A stretch of 64,000 nt of DNA, taken from NCBI GenBank assembly GCA_033813615.1, contig JAPXRJ010000001.1, forward strand, positions 8,515 through 72,514, written 5' to 3'. Below the pieces are notes generated by a model. The model had not been told where the DNA came from and did no database searches. It worked only from the letters and a program-made list of their open reading frames with translations. Source of the DNA: Microthrixaceae bacterium. GTDB taxonomy: Bacteria; Actinomycetota; Acidimicrobiia; Acidimicrobiales; Microtrichaceae. The translations under genes and the position numbers were made by a program. Below are positions 48,350-58,142 of the stretch, in pieces (the stretch's first letter is position 1; every line of letters begins with the position of its first letter).

Positions 48350-50304
48350 CCGCCACCGAGGTTCCCCCGACGAAGGACCCCATGCGCGTCCTCGACCGCG
48401 TCGGCACCGGTGCCCCCGACGCCGATGCGCAAGTTGTCGGCGCTGCGCTGGGCGCGACCGGCGTGGAGCGTGCGCCCCGTCGGCGTCGCAACCTGGCCGA
48501 GCGGATCGCGTCGTTCATGGAGCGCCGAGTCGACCGGCGCGGCGTGCTGCGCAAGGGAGCGATGGCCGGCACCGCGCTGGCGGTCGCTCCGGCGACGTTC
48601 GCGCTGCGACCAGGGAGCGCGTATGCGGCGGTGTGCGCACGCAACGCGCTCTGCAACGACGGCTACACCGAGTTCTGCTGCACGATCACCGGCGCCAACC
48701 AGTGCCCACCCGGCACGGCGCTCGGCGGGTGGTGGAAGGTCGACGGGTCCAACTTCTGCGGAGGCGGCCCTCGCTACTACATGGACTGCAACGCCGGCTG
48801 CGGCGGCTGCGGCTGCGGTGCCAACGGGATCTGCCCCGGCGGCTGTTCGGGCACCCCGTGCGGTTGCGCCAACGGTGACTGCAACAACCGCAAGGCCGGC
48901 TGCACCGGGTTCCGCTACGGCCAGTGCAACCAGGGCATCGCCTGCTTGGGCCCGATCGTCTGCCGCGTCGTCACCTGCACCGAGCCGTGGCGCCTCGACG
49001 GGACCTGCACCACCGCGGCGCGGACCGACAACGCGACCCGCTACCACTCGCGTCCGTGCCTCGAGGTCGATGCCATGGGCAACGTCGACTCGCTCACCGT
49101 GGTGCCGGGGGGTGTGCGCGTGACCGGATGGGCCATCGACCCGACCGCCGTCGGCGTGCCGATCAGCGTCAACGTCTACGACTGCCTGCGCCCGCAGGCC
49201 ACGGTCGTGGCGAACGTGTGGCGCGACGACATCGCCCGGAGCTTCCCCGGCCAGGGCCCAGCACACGGCTTCGACGTCTTCTACCGCTTGTGCCCCGGCG
49301 ACCGGCTGGTCTCGGTCGCCGCCAACGACACCTCCGGCAGGGGCTCGAACTGGATCTTCCACCGGATGGCGCGGATCGACCCGAACCCCAGCGGTCACTT
49401 CGACCAGGTGGATGGCGGCGTCGGCACCATCCGTGCCACCGGGTTCGTCATCGGCGCCGACGGCGGCCAGCTCCCGGTGGACATCTTCGAGGACGGCCGG
49501 CTGGTCACCCGCGTCGTCGCCGGTCTGAGTCGACCCGACATCGCCGCGGCCTATCCGCACCTCCACGGTCACTACGGCTTCGACGTCAGCTGGGCTGCGG
49601 GGCCGGGGTCCCACCACGTCTGCGTGGTCGCCCGGGGCCCCGGTGGTCGCGACGTCGACCTCGGCTGTCGATGGGCGGCCGTCGCCGCCGACCCTCAGGG
49701 CGTGGTCGAATCGGTCACGTCGCCTGGCTCCGGCTCGGTCCGCGTCGTCGGGTGGGCAACGGACGCGGACGTCGCGGCGCCGATCCGAGTCAGCGTCACC
49801 GTCGACGGAGCCGACCGGGGGACCTACCTGGCCGATCGCACCCGAGGCGACCAGTGGAACGGCCGAGGGTTCGACGTGACGTTGACCGGGATCGCTCCCG
49901 GTGCCCGATCGGTCTGCGTGACCGCGCTCAACGCCGATCGCGGGCGTGACGTGGTGCTGGGCTGCAGCACCACCGGCGTCGCCGCCGTCCAGGCCGGCCA
50001 GGTCACGGCGTTGGAGGCGACCGGCGACGGCGTGCGCGTGGCCACGACGGAGGTCACCCGGACCGACGACTCCACCGCCTCGGTCCGCGTGCTCGTCGAC
50101 GGCCAGTTCCGTGCGTCGCTGCGGGCCGGTCCGGGCGGCATCGACGAGTCGCTCCCGTTGACGCCTGGTGAGCACGAGGTGGTGGTGACCACCACCTCCG
50201 ACGGCCCGCGGACCATCCCGATCGTCCTCGCCAGTGCGGCGATCTCGGTCCCGGACCCGGCCGCATCCGACGCGTCGCCGGCATCGGGGAAGGCAACCGG
50301 ATGA
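48346..50304 (+). CDS. Tat-exported Cys-rich protein (MauA/TTQ small-subunit-like domain) fused to GW..DP/HGF repeats
   Basis: DRRGVL Tat motif, AYA cleavage site; 22 Cys in 48634-49059; CPPGT..GGWW and YYMDC. Confidence 0.75.
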   Translation: MTATEVPPTKDPMRVLDRVGTGAPDADAQVVGAALGATGVERAPRRRRNLAERIASFMERRVDRRGVLRKGAMAGTALAVAPATFALRPGSAYAAVCARNALCNDGYTEFCCTITGANQCPPGTALGGWWKVDGSNFCGGGPRYYMDCNAGCGGCGCGANGICPGGCSGTPCGCANGDCNNRKAGCTGFRYGQCNQGIACLGPIVCRVVTCTEPWRLDGTCTTAARTDNATRYHSRPCLEVDAMGNVDSLTVVPGGVRVTGWAIDPTAVGVPISVNVYDCLRPQATVVANVWRDDIARSFPGQGPAHGFDVFYRLCPGDRLVSVAANDTSGRGSNWIFHRMARIDPNPSGHFDQVDGGVGTIRATGFVIGADGGQLPVDIFEDGRLVTRVVAGLSRPDIAAAYPHLHGHYGFDVSWAAGPGSHHVCVVARGPGGRDVDLGCRWAAVAADPQGVVESVTSPGSGSVRVVGWATDADVAAPIRVSVTVDGADRGTYLADRTRGDQWNGRGFDVTLTGIAPGARSVCVTALNADRGRDVVLGCSTTGVAAVQAGQVTALEATGDGVRVATTEVTRTDDSTASVRVLVDGQFRASLRAGPGGIDESLPLTPGEHEVVVTTTSDGPRTIPIVLASAAISVPDPAASDASPASGKATG

Positions 50305-51203
50305 CCGTCGCGGTGGTGCTCCTCGGTGTGGTCGTCGCGCTGCTCGCGGTCCTGGTGATCAGCCTGCTGCGCAGCCACGCGGAGATCCTCCGCGCGCTGC
50401 ACGACCTGGGCGTCGACCTCGATCCCGATCAGCCGGCGGACGCGGCGCGAGCCGCCCGCGCCGCCCGCGCCGCCCAGGGCGACCTGCTCACCTCGGAAGG
50501 TGCCGCGGCGGAGGCCGGCCGGTCGGCACCGTCGTCGAGCACGGCAGGGTTCACGACCGCGGACGGCGTGGCCGAGCCCGGCGACCTGCTCGGCATGGGT
50601 GCCTTCGACCTGGTGGGCGCCGACCCGTCGGGTGACGCGGTGGCGATCGGCGTGCTGGGCGGATCGCACCGCACGCTCCTCGCGTTCCTGACGACGGGCT
50701 GCACCACCTGCCACGGGTTCTGGTCGGCGTTCGCCGAGGGCGTCGAGCTTCCGGCTCCCGACATCCGCCTCGTCGTCGTGACCCAGGGCGAGGAAGCCGA
50801 ATCGCCGGCGCGGGTGGCCGAGCTCGCGCCGAGCGACATCGACGTGGTCATGTCGAGCGACGCCTGGGAGGACTACGGCGTGCCGGTCGCCCCGTACTTC
50901 GCGCTCGTCGAGCGCGACCAGGTCGTGGGCGAAGGCGCGGCGGCCACGTGGACCCAGGTCGTCGACCTGCTCGGGCGGTCGCTCGCGGACGCCGGAAGGT
51001 CGCTCTCGACCCCCGGGTCCGTCGCTGCGTCGCGGCGAGCGTTCCTGACGGGCCGGGACCGCGCCGATCGCATCGACGCCGAGCTCGCGGCCGCCGGCAT
51101 CGTCCCCGGCGACCCCCGCCTGTACGGGCCGGTGGCGGAGCCCGACGATCCGCAGGGCTCCGACGACCCGGCGCGCTCCGAAGGAACGGGGCAGCGCTCG
51201 TGA
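50301..51203 (+). CDS. MauD-like membrane-anchored thioredoxin-fold protein
   Basis: N-terminal TM followed by LLRSHAEIL; FLTTGCTTC; V...PYF cis-Pro loop. Confidence 0.78.
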   Translation: MTVAVVLLGVVVALLAVLVISLLRSHAEILRALHDLGVDLDPDQPADAARAARAARAAQGDLLTSEGAAAEAGRSAPSSSTAGFTTADGVAEPGDLLGMGAFDLVGADPSGDAVAIGVLGGSHRTLLAFLTTGCTTCHGFWSAFAEGVELPAPDIRLVVVTQGEEAESPARVAELAPSDIDVVMSSDAWEDYGVPVAPYFALVERDQVVGEGAAATWTQVVDLLGRSLADAGRSLSTPGSVAASRRAFLTGRDRADRIDAELAAAGIVPGDPRLYGPVAEPDDPQGSDDPARSEGTGQRS

Positions 51204-51709
51204 CGGTGGCTCGGGTGGCTGCGGCGCGCACGCTTCGGGCCCATGGACTGAAGGTGCTGGTGCCGGCCGGGTGGGACGGCTCGATCCGCCGCGCCGCCGG
51301 CGACGCCTCCGACACCGACCGGGACGACGTCGGCGCACTCGGCACGACCAACCCGGTCCTGCACGTGGCGAGCTTCCCGCTCCCTGCGGTGCGCGGCGAC
51401 TACGGCGGCGGCGCGGTCGAGCGCATGCGGCCGAGCGACGTGCTGGTCGCGCTCGTCGAGTTCGATCCCGAGGCGGTGGCCACGCCGCTGTTCTCGGCCG
51501 CCGGCCTCCGACGACCGCTTCGCACGTCGGACTTCTCCCGCTCGACCATGCACCGACCGCTCGTCGGCGCGAGCGGGCACCAGCAGTTCTTCCACACAGG
51601 GGGGCGGGCGTTCGCCCTGTACGTGGCGCTCGGAGCGCATCGACTCCGCTCCCGTTCGGTTCCGCGCGTGGACCGGGTGCTGTCCACCCTGGTGATCGAT
51701 CCTCGATGA
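51200..51709 (+). CDS. Hypothetical protein coupled to the Mau-like operon
   Basis: GTGA overlap upstream and ATGA overlap downstream; P.GWDG, LHVASF.LP..RGDYG. Confidence 0.7.
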   Translation: MTVARVAAARTLRAHGLKVLVPAGWDGSIRRAAGDASDTDRDDVGALGTTNPVLHVASFPLPAVRGDYGGGAVERMRPSDVLVALVEFDPEAVATPLFSAAGLRRPLRTSDFSRSTMHRPLVGASGHQQFFHTGGRAFALYVALGAHRLRSRSVPRVDRVLSTLVIDPR

Positions 51710-53832
51710 ACCCGCCGGTTGGCGGGACGGACGCTCCCGACGTGGTCCACACCGTGCTGGTGGTGTCGAAGTCGCACCTCGACGTCGGCTTCACCGGCCT
51801 GGCGGGCGAGGTCCGCGAGCGCTGGCTGCGCTCGCACCTGCCGACCGCCGTGGCGACGGCCAGAGAGCTGCGCGACGCAGGCGATGGGCCGACGCTGCGC
51901 TGGACGACCGGCTCGTGGATCCTCAACGAGGCGCTCGAGGAACCGGATCGGGAGTTGCGGCTGCTGGTGGAGCACGCGATCGAGGACGGCGACCTGGCAT
52001 GGCACGCCATGCCCTTCACCACCCACACCGAGCTGGCCGACCGGTCGCTCCTGGCCCACGGCCTGTCTATCTCGTCGCGGCTGGACCAGTGGTTCGAGCG
52101 GCGGACCCGGGCCGCCAAGCTGACCGACGTGCCGGGCCACACCCGCTCGCTCGTGTCGCTGCTCGCTGACTCGGGCGTCGACCTGCTGCACATCGGGATC
52201 AACCCCGCAGCGGCGGCGCCCGACGTGCCGCCGCTGTTCCGCTGGAACGATCCGGCGGGCGGTGAGCCGCCGCCCGAGGTGACCGTCGTGCACCAGCCCG
52301 GCGGCTACGGCTCGCTGCAGCGACTGGGCGACACCGGCGTCGTCGTCGACGTGTGGATGACCGGCGACAACGACGGACCGCCGTCGGCAGAGGATGTGCG
52401 CAAGCGCTGGACGCAGCTGGTCGCGCAGTTCCCGCAGGCCCGCGTCGTCGCCGCCACCTTCGACGACGTGGCCGACGTGGTGCGCCCGGTGGCGAACGGA
52501 CTCCCGGTCGTCACCTCCGAGATCGGCGACACGTGGATCCACGGCGTGGCGTCGGACCCCGCCAAGACCGCCGCGTTCCGGGAGACCTGTCGTCGTCGTC
52601 GCGGCTGGATCGACGGCGGCCGCGTCGCCGAGGACGACCCGGCGCTGTGGCGGGCGTCGACCGAGCTGCTGCTGGTGGCGGAGCACACCTGGGGCCTGGA
52701 TCAGAAGGCCGCGTGGCCCGACACCGAGCACTGGTCCGAGGTGGAGCTGGCCTCCGTGCGACCCCGGCCATCCACGCGTCGCTTCGAGTGGAGCTGGAGC
52801 GAGCAGCGGACCTACCTCGACCGCTTCCGGGAGGTGCTCGAGCGCGCCGGCCGCCACGACCTCGCCGAGGACGCCCGGGCCGGGATGGCGCTGTGCGGCT
52901 CGGCGCCCGTCGACGTCGAGGGGCTCGACGCGCTCGGCCGTCCCGCTGACGGCGGACCGATCCCGGTGCGCCTCGGCCCGCTGGAGCTGTCGATCGACCC
53001 GCACGACGGAGCGCTCGTCGGCGTGGTTCTGAGCGACGCGCCCGGTGGACCGAGGGAGCTCGTCGGCGGGGGTCGATCCCTCGGCCGGCTCGGTCACCGC
53101 ACGTTCGACGCGGCGGACTACGAGCGGTGGTTCTCGACCTACAACGGCGCAACCGAGGCGGAGGACCTGGACTGGGCCCGCTGGGACAACACGAAGCCGG
53201 GTCTGGAGCACACCGCCGCACGATCGGCCTGGTGCGCGCCGGACCTGGTGGGCGTGTGGGCGGGTCGGCGACCGGCATCGACCGCAGCAGTCGCCGCCGT
53301 CGACCCCTCGGCCGGACCGGACGCCGGCGAGATCGGCGCGGAGGTGCTGCTGCTGGAGCTGTCGTTCCCCGAGGAGGTCCGCTCGTTCAGCGCCGCGCCG
53401 CACTGGGTCGTGGTCGGCTACGAGCTCGTCGACGGCCGCCCCGACGAGCTGTCGTGCTGGTTGCAGTGGGTCGCCAAGCCGGCCGCACGGTGGCCGGAGT
53501 CGACCTGGTGGTCGTTCGCTCCCACGGTGTCGGATCCCGCTGGCTGGACGATGAGCAAGCTCGGCGAGGTCATCTCGCCGCTCGACGTGGTGGCCCGCGG
53601 GGCGCGCAACCTGCACGCGGTCGAGTCGCTGCAGCACCCCGACGGCCTGCGCCTCTCGCTGCCCGACGCGCCGCTCGTCGCGCCGGGGGCACCGGCGCTG
53701 CTGCGCTTCGACGACCGCCTCCCCGACCTGGCGGGCGGCTGGCACGTCTGCCTGTACGACAACGTGTGGGGCACGAACTTCCCGATGTGGTGTCCGGGTG
53801 ACGCCCGCTTCCGAGTCACGCTGGCCTGGTGA
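51706..53832 (+). CDS. DUF5054 / GH38-like glycoside hydrolase
   Basis: KSHLDVGFT, WHAMPFTTHTE, TDVPGHT, EIGDTWIHG, EHTWG, NVWGTNFPMW. Confidence 0.8.
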   Translation: MNPPVGGTDAPDVVHTVLVVSKSHLDVGFTGLAGEVRERWLRSHLPTAVATARELRDAGDGPTLRWTTGSWILNEALEEPDRELRLLVEHAIEDGDLAWHAMPFTTHTELADRSLLAHGLSISSRLDQWFERRTRAAKLTDVPGHTRSLVSLLADSGVDLLHIGINPAAAAPDVPPLFRWNDPAGGEPPPEVTVVHQPGGYGSLQRLGDTGVVVDVWMTGDNDGPPSAEDVRKRWTQLVAQFPQARVVAATFDDVADVVRPVANGLPVVTSEIGDTWIHGVASDPAKTAAFRETCRRRRGWIDGGRVAEDDPALWRASTELLLVAEHTWGLDQKAAWPDTEHWSEVELASVRPRPSTRRFEWSWSEQRTYLDRFREVLERAGRHDLAEDARAGMALCGSAPVDVEGLDALGRPADGGPIPVRLGPLELSIDPHDGALVGVVLSDAPGGPRELVGGGRSLGRLGHRTFDAADYERWFSTYNGATEAEDLDWARWDNTKPGLEHTAARSAWCAPDLVGVWAGRRPASTAAVAAVDPSAGPDAGEIGAEVLLLELSFPEEVRSFSAAPHWVVVGYELVDGRPDELSCWLQWVAKPAARWPESTWWSFAPTVSDPAGWTMSKLGEVISPLDVVARGARNLHAVESLQHPDGLRLSLPDAPLVAPGAPALLRFDDRLPDLAGGWHVCLYDNVWGTNFPMWCPGDARFRVTLAW

Positions 53833-53839
53833 GGCTCCG

Positions 53840-54631
53840 ATGTCGGTAGCGTCTCGAGCGCCAGTCGTCCGCACCGCCGGGCTCGTTGCGGTCCGCCGGC
53901 TGGCCGCCGCTCCGCGGGCCGCGGTGCTGTTGGTGGTGGCGGTGCTGTTGGTCGGGGTGCCGCTCGTGGCAACCGCGTGCGGCGGGAGCGCCCGACCGAG
54001 CACCGATGGCGGCCTCGGCGAGCACAAGGTCACCGTCGCCGGTGACTCGATCTCGGTGGGACTCGGTGCTCAGCTGCGCGATGTCGTCGCCGCCGCGACC
54101 GGTGACGACGCGGTCGTCAAGGTCATCGGCATGCCGGGCACCGGTCTGGCCCGGCCCGACTCCTTCGACTGGCCGACCCGGATCCGAGAGCTCGCGGCGG
54201 ACCACCCGCCGGACGTGCTGGTGTTCTCGGTCGGATCGAACGACGCCCAGGACCTGACCGACGTCGACGGCGACGTGGTGGTGACGATGTCCGACGACGA
54301 CGAGTGGGACGCCGAGTACTCCCGCCGGCTGGCCGAGGTCTTCGACGCGTTCGCTCCCACCGACGGCGAGGACGCGGGCACCAAGGTCGTGTGGGTGGGC
54401 CACGTCCGCACGGTCAAGGACTCGGTCGCGGACACCAACCGGCGAGTCCATCGGCTGGCGACCGAGGTGGCGCAGGACCGTCCGTGGGTGGAGGTGCGCG
54501 ACCTCGACGAGCTGCTCGGGCTGGGGGGAGCGACCGCCACGCGGTGTCTGCTCCCCGATGGGGTGCACCTTCGCACCGACTGCCTCACCGAGGCCGACGA
54601 GGCGCTCCTTCCGGACCTCGTTCCCCGCTGA
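53840..54631 (+). CDS. SGNH/GDSL (DUF459-like) esterase, probable lipoprotein
   Basis: GDS, G.ND, DGVH; ATAC lipobox-like. Confidence 0.85.
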   Translation: MSVASRAPVVRTAGLVAVRRLAAAPRAAVLLVVAVLLVGVPLVATACGGSARPSTDGGLGEHKVTVAGDSISVGLGAQLRDVVAAATGDDAVVKVIGMPGTGLARPDSFDWPTRIRELAADHPPDVLVFSVGSNDAQDLTDVDGDVVVTMSDDDEWDAEYSRRLAEVFDAFAPTDGEDAGTKVVWVGHVRTVKDSVADTNRRVHRLATEVAQDRPWVEVRDLDELLGLGGATATRCLLPDGVHLRTDCLTEADEALLPDLVPR

Positions 54632-54686
54632 GTCGAACTCCCCCAACCCGGGAACATCTGGCGACGGGCGGTCGTTGGGAGTCCCG

Positions 54687-55331
54687 ATGACGAGCAACAT
54701 CGAGTTCTTCTTCGACCCCGTGTGTCCGTTCGCCTGGCTGACCAGCCGCTGGGCCGTCGAGGTGTCCGAGCACTCCGACCTCGACGTGGAGTGGCGCTTC
54801 ATCTCGCTGCTGTACGTCAACGAGGACCACGACATGCCCGAGCACTACCGCGCCGGACACCGCATCGGCCTGCGCCTCCTGCGCATCGCCGCTGCGGTGC
54901 GCGAGGACCACGGCAACGCCGGGGTGGCAGCCCTCTACACGGCCTTCGGCACCAAGATCCACACCGAGGGGATCAGCCGCGAGCTGTTCAGCGCAGATGG
55001 CGACGCCGACACGTCGTTCGTCGTGGAGGCGCTCGCCGTGGCCGGGATGGCGGCCTCGTACGCCGATGCCGCCGCCGACGACGCCCGGGACGGGTTGATC
55101 CGCAGCGAGACCGAGCTCGCGCTGTCACGCACCGGGCCAGGTGTCGGCACGCCGATCATCACCTACAACCTGGAGCGACCGGCGACCTCGACCTTCTTCG
55201 GTCCGGTGATCAACCGGATCCCTCGCGGCGAGGAGGCGCTCGAGCTGTGGGACGCGCTCGTGACCCTGGCACGCATCCCTGGCGTCTCGGAGCTCAAGCG
55301 CTCCCTTCGCGGCGACCTCGACTTCAGCTGA
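54687..55331 (+). CDS. DsbA-like oxidoreductase, Rv2466c family
   Basis: FDPVCPFAWLTSRW, VGTP, FFGPV, ELKR. Confidence 0.88.
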   Translation: MTSNIEFFFDPVCPFAWLTSRWAVEVSEHSDLDVEWRFISLLYVNEDHDMPEHYRAGHRIGLRLLRIAAAVREDHGNAGVAALYTAFGTKIHTEGISRELFSADGDADTSFVVEALAVAGMAASYADAAADDARDGLIRSETELALSRTGPGVGTPIITYNLERPATSTFFGPVINRIPRGEEALELWDALVTLARIPGVSELKRSLRGDLDFS

Positions 55332-55361
55332 TCGCGTCTGATCGGCCAGCTCAGGCGCCGA

Positions 55362-55730
55362 TCAGACCTGTCGATCGTCGGTGCTGCTCGCGGCGCCGTC
55401 TGCTCCGGGGGCGACGTCGTCGCGCCGGGACCCCTGGATCTTCGTGGCCAGGTCGTCGAGCGACGCTCCGAGCGCCTCGATCAGCCCGCCGGCGGCCGAC
55501 GTGGCCGCGTGGTGGACCTCGGGATCGTTCACGGTGCGGGTGATCGCATCCGCCAACCCGTCGAGCGACGAGTTCACCCGGTCGAGCGCCGAGCGGACCT
55601 CCTCCGACGCCTCGTCGCGGGCCTTCCCCGCTGCCGACTGCGCCTGGTCCGCGCTCGCGCTCCACCTTCCCTGCAGCGTGCGTCCGAGCGAACCGAACCG
55701 CTCGCCGACCTCGTTCCAGTCCGTCGCCAT
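55362..55730 (-). CDS. Helical hypothetical protein
   Basis: GGAGG RBS; amphipathic, Ala-rich. Confidence 0.7.
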   Translation of the reverse strand: MATDWNEVGERFGSLGRTLQGRWSASADQAQSAAGKARDEASEEVRSALDRVNSSLDGLADAITRTVNDPEVHHAATSAAGGLIEALGASLDDLATKIQGSRRDDVAPGADGAASSTDDRQV

Positions 55731-55854
55731 GTGACCTCCGCAGTCCTCGACGGCGAACCTACCCCTGGGGGCGCGCTGCCGCCGGTCGACCCGACCTCCA
55801 CACCTTCCGTGTCGGAATCGCTCACATCACGGCTCGCCGCGCCGATGGGGCCGA

Positions 55855-56382
55855 GTGAGTCGACGAGGCAACAGGGGCCGTCCCGCGGCTCGGCCCGCGC
55901 ACCGGATCCGACGAGCGCGTGCCGGGAGCGCCGGACAGTCCGGCGTCACGTTGATCGAGGTCCTCGTGGGCATCGTCGTGATGGCGCCGCTGACGCTGGC
56001 CTCCGTGAGCGGCCTGCTGCTCCAGATGAAGGTCTCGACCGGGACGCAGGACGCGCAGCGCCTCGAGGTGTCGTTGACCGAAGCCGGCGAGGACCTCATG
56101 GCGGTCCCGTACGTGTCCTGCGGCGATCCGGGGCAGTACCAGGAGCTGCTCGACGGGTGGAGCGCCGCGCTCGACCCGAAGCTGGTGTCGACGTCGCAGG
56201 CGCCCGCCGCGAAGGTCGTCGCCGTCGAGTACTGGAACAGCGCCAAGGGCGTCTTCCTGCCCGAGTGCGTGGGCGACGACGGAGCGCAGCGCGTGACGAT
56301 GGTGACCGTGGCCGCCGACCGCAGCGCTCGCGGCACGGTCGTCAAGCGCAACCCGGCGACGCGTGCCGCGGGGACCGGATGA
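55855..56382 (+). CDS. Type IV pilin-like protein (PilV-like)
   Basis: Class III signal QSG/VTLIEVLV. Confidence 0.8.
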   Translation: MSRRGNRGRPAARPAHRIRRARAGSAGQSGVTLIEVLVGIVVMAPLTLASVSGLLLQMKVSTGTQDAQRLEVSLTEAGEDLMAVPYVSCGDPGQYQELLDGWSAALDPKLVSTSQAPAAKVVAVEYWNSAKGVFLPECVGDDGAQRVTMVTVAADRSARGTVVKRNPATRAAGTG

Positions 56383-58142
56383 GCAGCGCGGTGCGCCGTT
56401 GGTCGCGACGTCGGTTGGCGCGCCGCGGCCAGTCGGGCATGACCCTCCTGGAGACGCTGCTCGCGCTGATGATGAGCGCGCTGATGGTGCTGCCGGTGTT
56501 CGGTTGGACGTCGCTGGCCATGCGTGAGCAGCGTGACGTGTCGCAGCGGAACCTGTCGGGAGCATCGCTCGGCGTGCTGCGCACGGTGTTCACCCGCGAC
56601 GTCGTCAACTCGGACCGGGCATGGGTCGACGGCGAGCACCTCGAGGACTGCGTGCTGAGCACCAAGGGCGCCCGTCCCCTCGTCGCCCTCGTGTCCGGCA
56701 ACCGCCACACCGTGTACGCCACGACGCCTGATCACGGCGAGGGCGACTCGCAGCTCGTGAGAGCGCAGTGCGCCTCGTCCGGTGGGCCGGCAGCGGTCGA
56801 GCGGGAGCTGGTGGGCGACGTCATCGATGCCGGGACCGATGCCACCTGTGCGACGGTGTCGCAGCTCGCGGAGCTCGAGGCGGCGCGGTCGCCGAAGTTC
56901 GAGAAGGACGCAGGGTTCGAGGCCCGGTTGGCCGACCAGGAGTGCTCGCGCGTCACGCTGCGCGTGACGACCGGCCAGCTGGATCAGATCGCATTGACCG
57001 CCACGCGCCGATCGTCGCCGAGCAGTACCGTCGACGCCGACGCCCCGATCGCCGTGGTCGCGGCGGACCCCACGACGGGTCTCGTTCCGTTGAAGGTCGC
57101 CTTCGACGGGTCGTCGTCGGTGGACCCGCGGGGCGAGGAGATCTCCTACAAGTGGGACTTCGGCGACGGGACCGGCGGCGAGGGTCCGTCGGTCGGCCAC
57201 GGGTACTCGAAGATCGGGACCTACACCGCGACGCTGACGGTGACGACGACGAAGACGGGCCGCAGCGCGACGGCCGCGGTGCTGATCACCGTCGGGAGCA
57301 ACGCCCCGGTCGCGGCGATCGCCGCACCTGCGAGCGGCACCACGGTGCACAGGGGTCAGAAGGTGTCGTTCTCCTCGAAGGGCTCCGGCGATCCGGCCGA
57401 CGAGCCGTACGGCGCCAAGCCGGTGTCGTACCTGTGGGACTTCGGTGACGGGACCGGCTCCGCCGAGGCCAACCCCACCAAGGTGTACTCGGCGCTCAGC
57501 GCGGCGTCCGGCTACGACGTGAAGTTGACCGTCACCGACGACACCGGACTGACCGCCTCGACGTCGATCAAGGTGGTCGTGGCCAACCGCATCCCGACGG
57601 TGGCCGTCACGGCCAACCCGTCGAGCGGCACCGCACCGCTGTCGGTGACGTTCACCGGAACCGTCGTCGACGAGCCCGACATGGCGAGCCCTCCCAAGCT
57701 GAAGTACGCGTGGGACTTCGGCAACGGCACCACGTCGAGCGCGGCGGCGCCGGGAGCGGTGACCTACTCGACCGCCGGCACCTACACCGCCAAGCTCACC
57801 GTCACCGACGACCAGGGCGAGTCGGCCTCCGGCTCCCAGACGGTCACCGTGACGGAGAAGCCGCTGGCCGCGCCGGTCAACCTCCGCAAGACCAAGAGCG
57901 GATCCGAGAAGGGCCTGCGGTACATCGACATGGCATGGGACCGACGTGACGGCGCCACCCGCTACGAGGTCGAGCTGGACTGCGTGTCCTGCAGCGAGGT
58001 CGCCACGAACCAGGCGTCGGGGACCACGCTGCGGATCAGCGGGCTGTCGAAGGGCGCCAAGCAGTACGACGCTCGGGTCCGGGCGCAGAGCCCCTCGGGC
58101 ACGTGGGGACCGTGGTCCGAGCCGCTGAGGGTGAAGTCGTGA
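56379..58142 (+). CDS. Type IV pilin-like protein (PilW-like) fused to three PKD domains and an FN3-like domain
   Basis: QSG/MTLLETLL; three WDFG(D/N)G...LTVT repeats; C-terminal VRA...GPWS. Confidence 0.85.
   Translation: MSSAVRRWSRRRLARRGQSGMTLLETLLALMMSALMVLPVFGWTSLAMREQRDVSQRNLSGASLGVLRTVFTRDVVNSDRAWVDGEHLEDCVLSTKGARPLVALVSGNRHTVYATTPDHGEGDSQLVRAQCASSGGPAAVERELVGDVIDAGTDATCATVSQLAELEAARSPKFEKDAGFEARLADQECSRVTLRVTTGQLDQIALTATRRSSPSSTVDADAPIAVVAADPTTGLVPLKVAFDGSSSVDPRGEEISYKWDFGDGTGGEGPSVGHGYSKIGTYTATLTVTTTKTGRSATAAVLITVGSNAPVAAIAAPASGTTVHRGQKVSFSSKGSGDPADEPYGAKPVSYLWDFGDGTGSAEANPTKVYSALSAASGYDVKLTVTDDTGLTASTSIKVVVANRIPTVAVTANPSSGTAPLSVTFTGTVVDEPDMASPPKLKYAWDFGNGTTSSAAAPGAVTYSTAGTYTAKLTVTDDQGESASGSQTVTVTEKPLAAPVNLRKTKSGSEKGLRYIDMAWDRRDGATRYEVELDCVSCSEVATNQASGTTLRISGLSKGAKQYDARVRAQSPSGTWGPWSEPLRVKS

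Noticed and set aside
48634-49059. RiPP precursor or metallothionein interpretation of the Cys-rich domain
   Set aside because: Domain is part of a 650-aa Tat protein; no radical SAM, YcaO or lanthipeptide enzymes nearby; MauE/MauD context fits better
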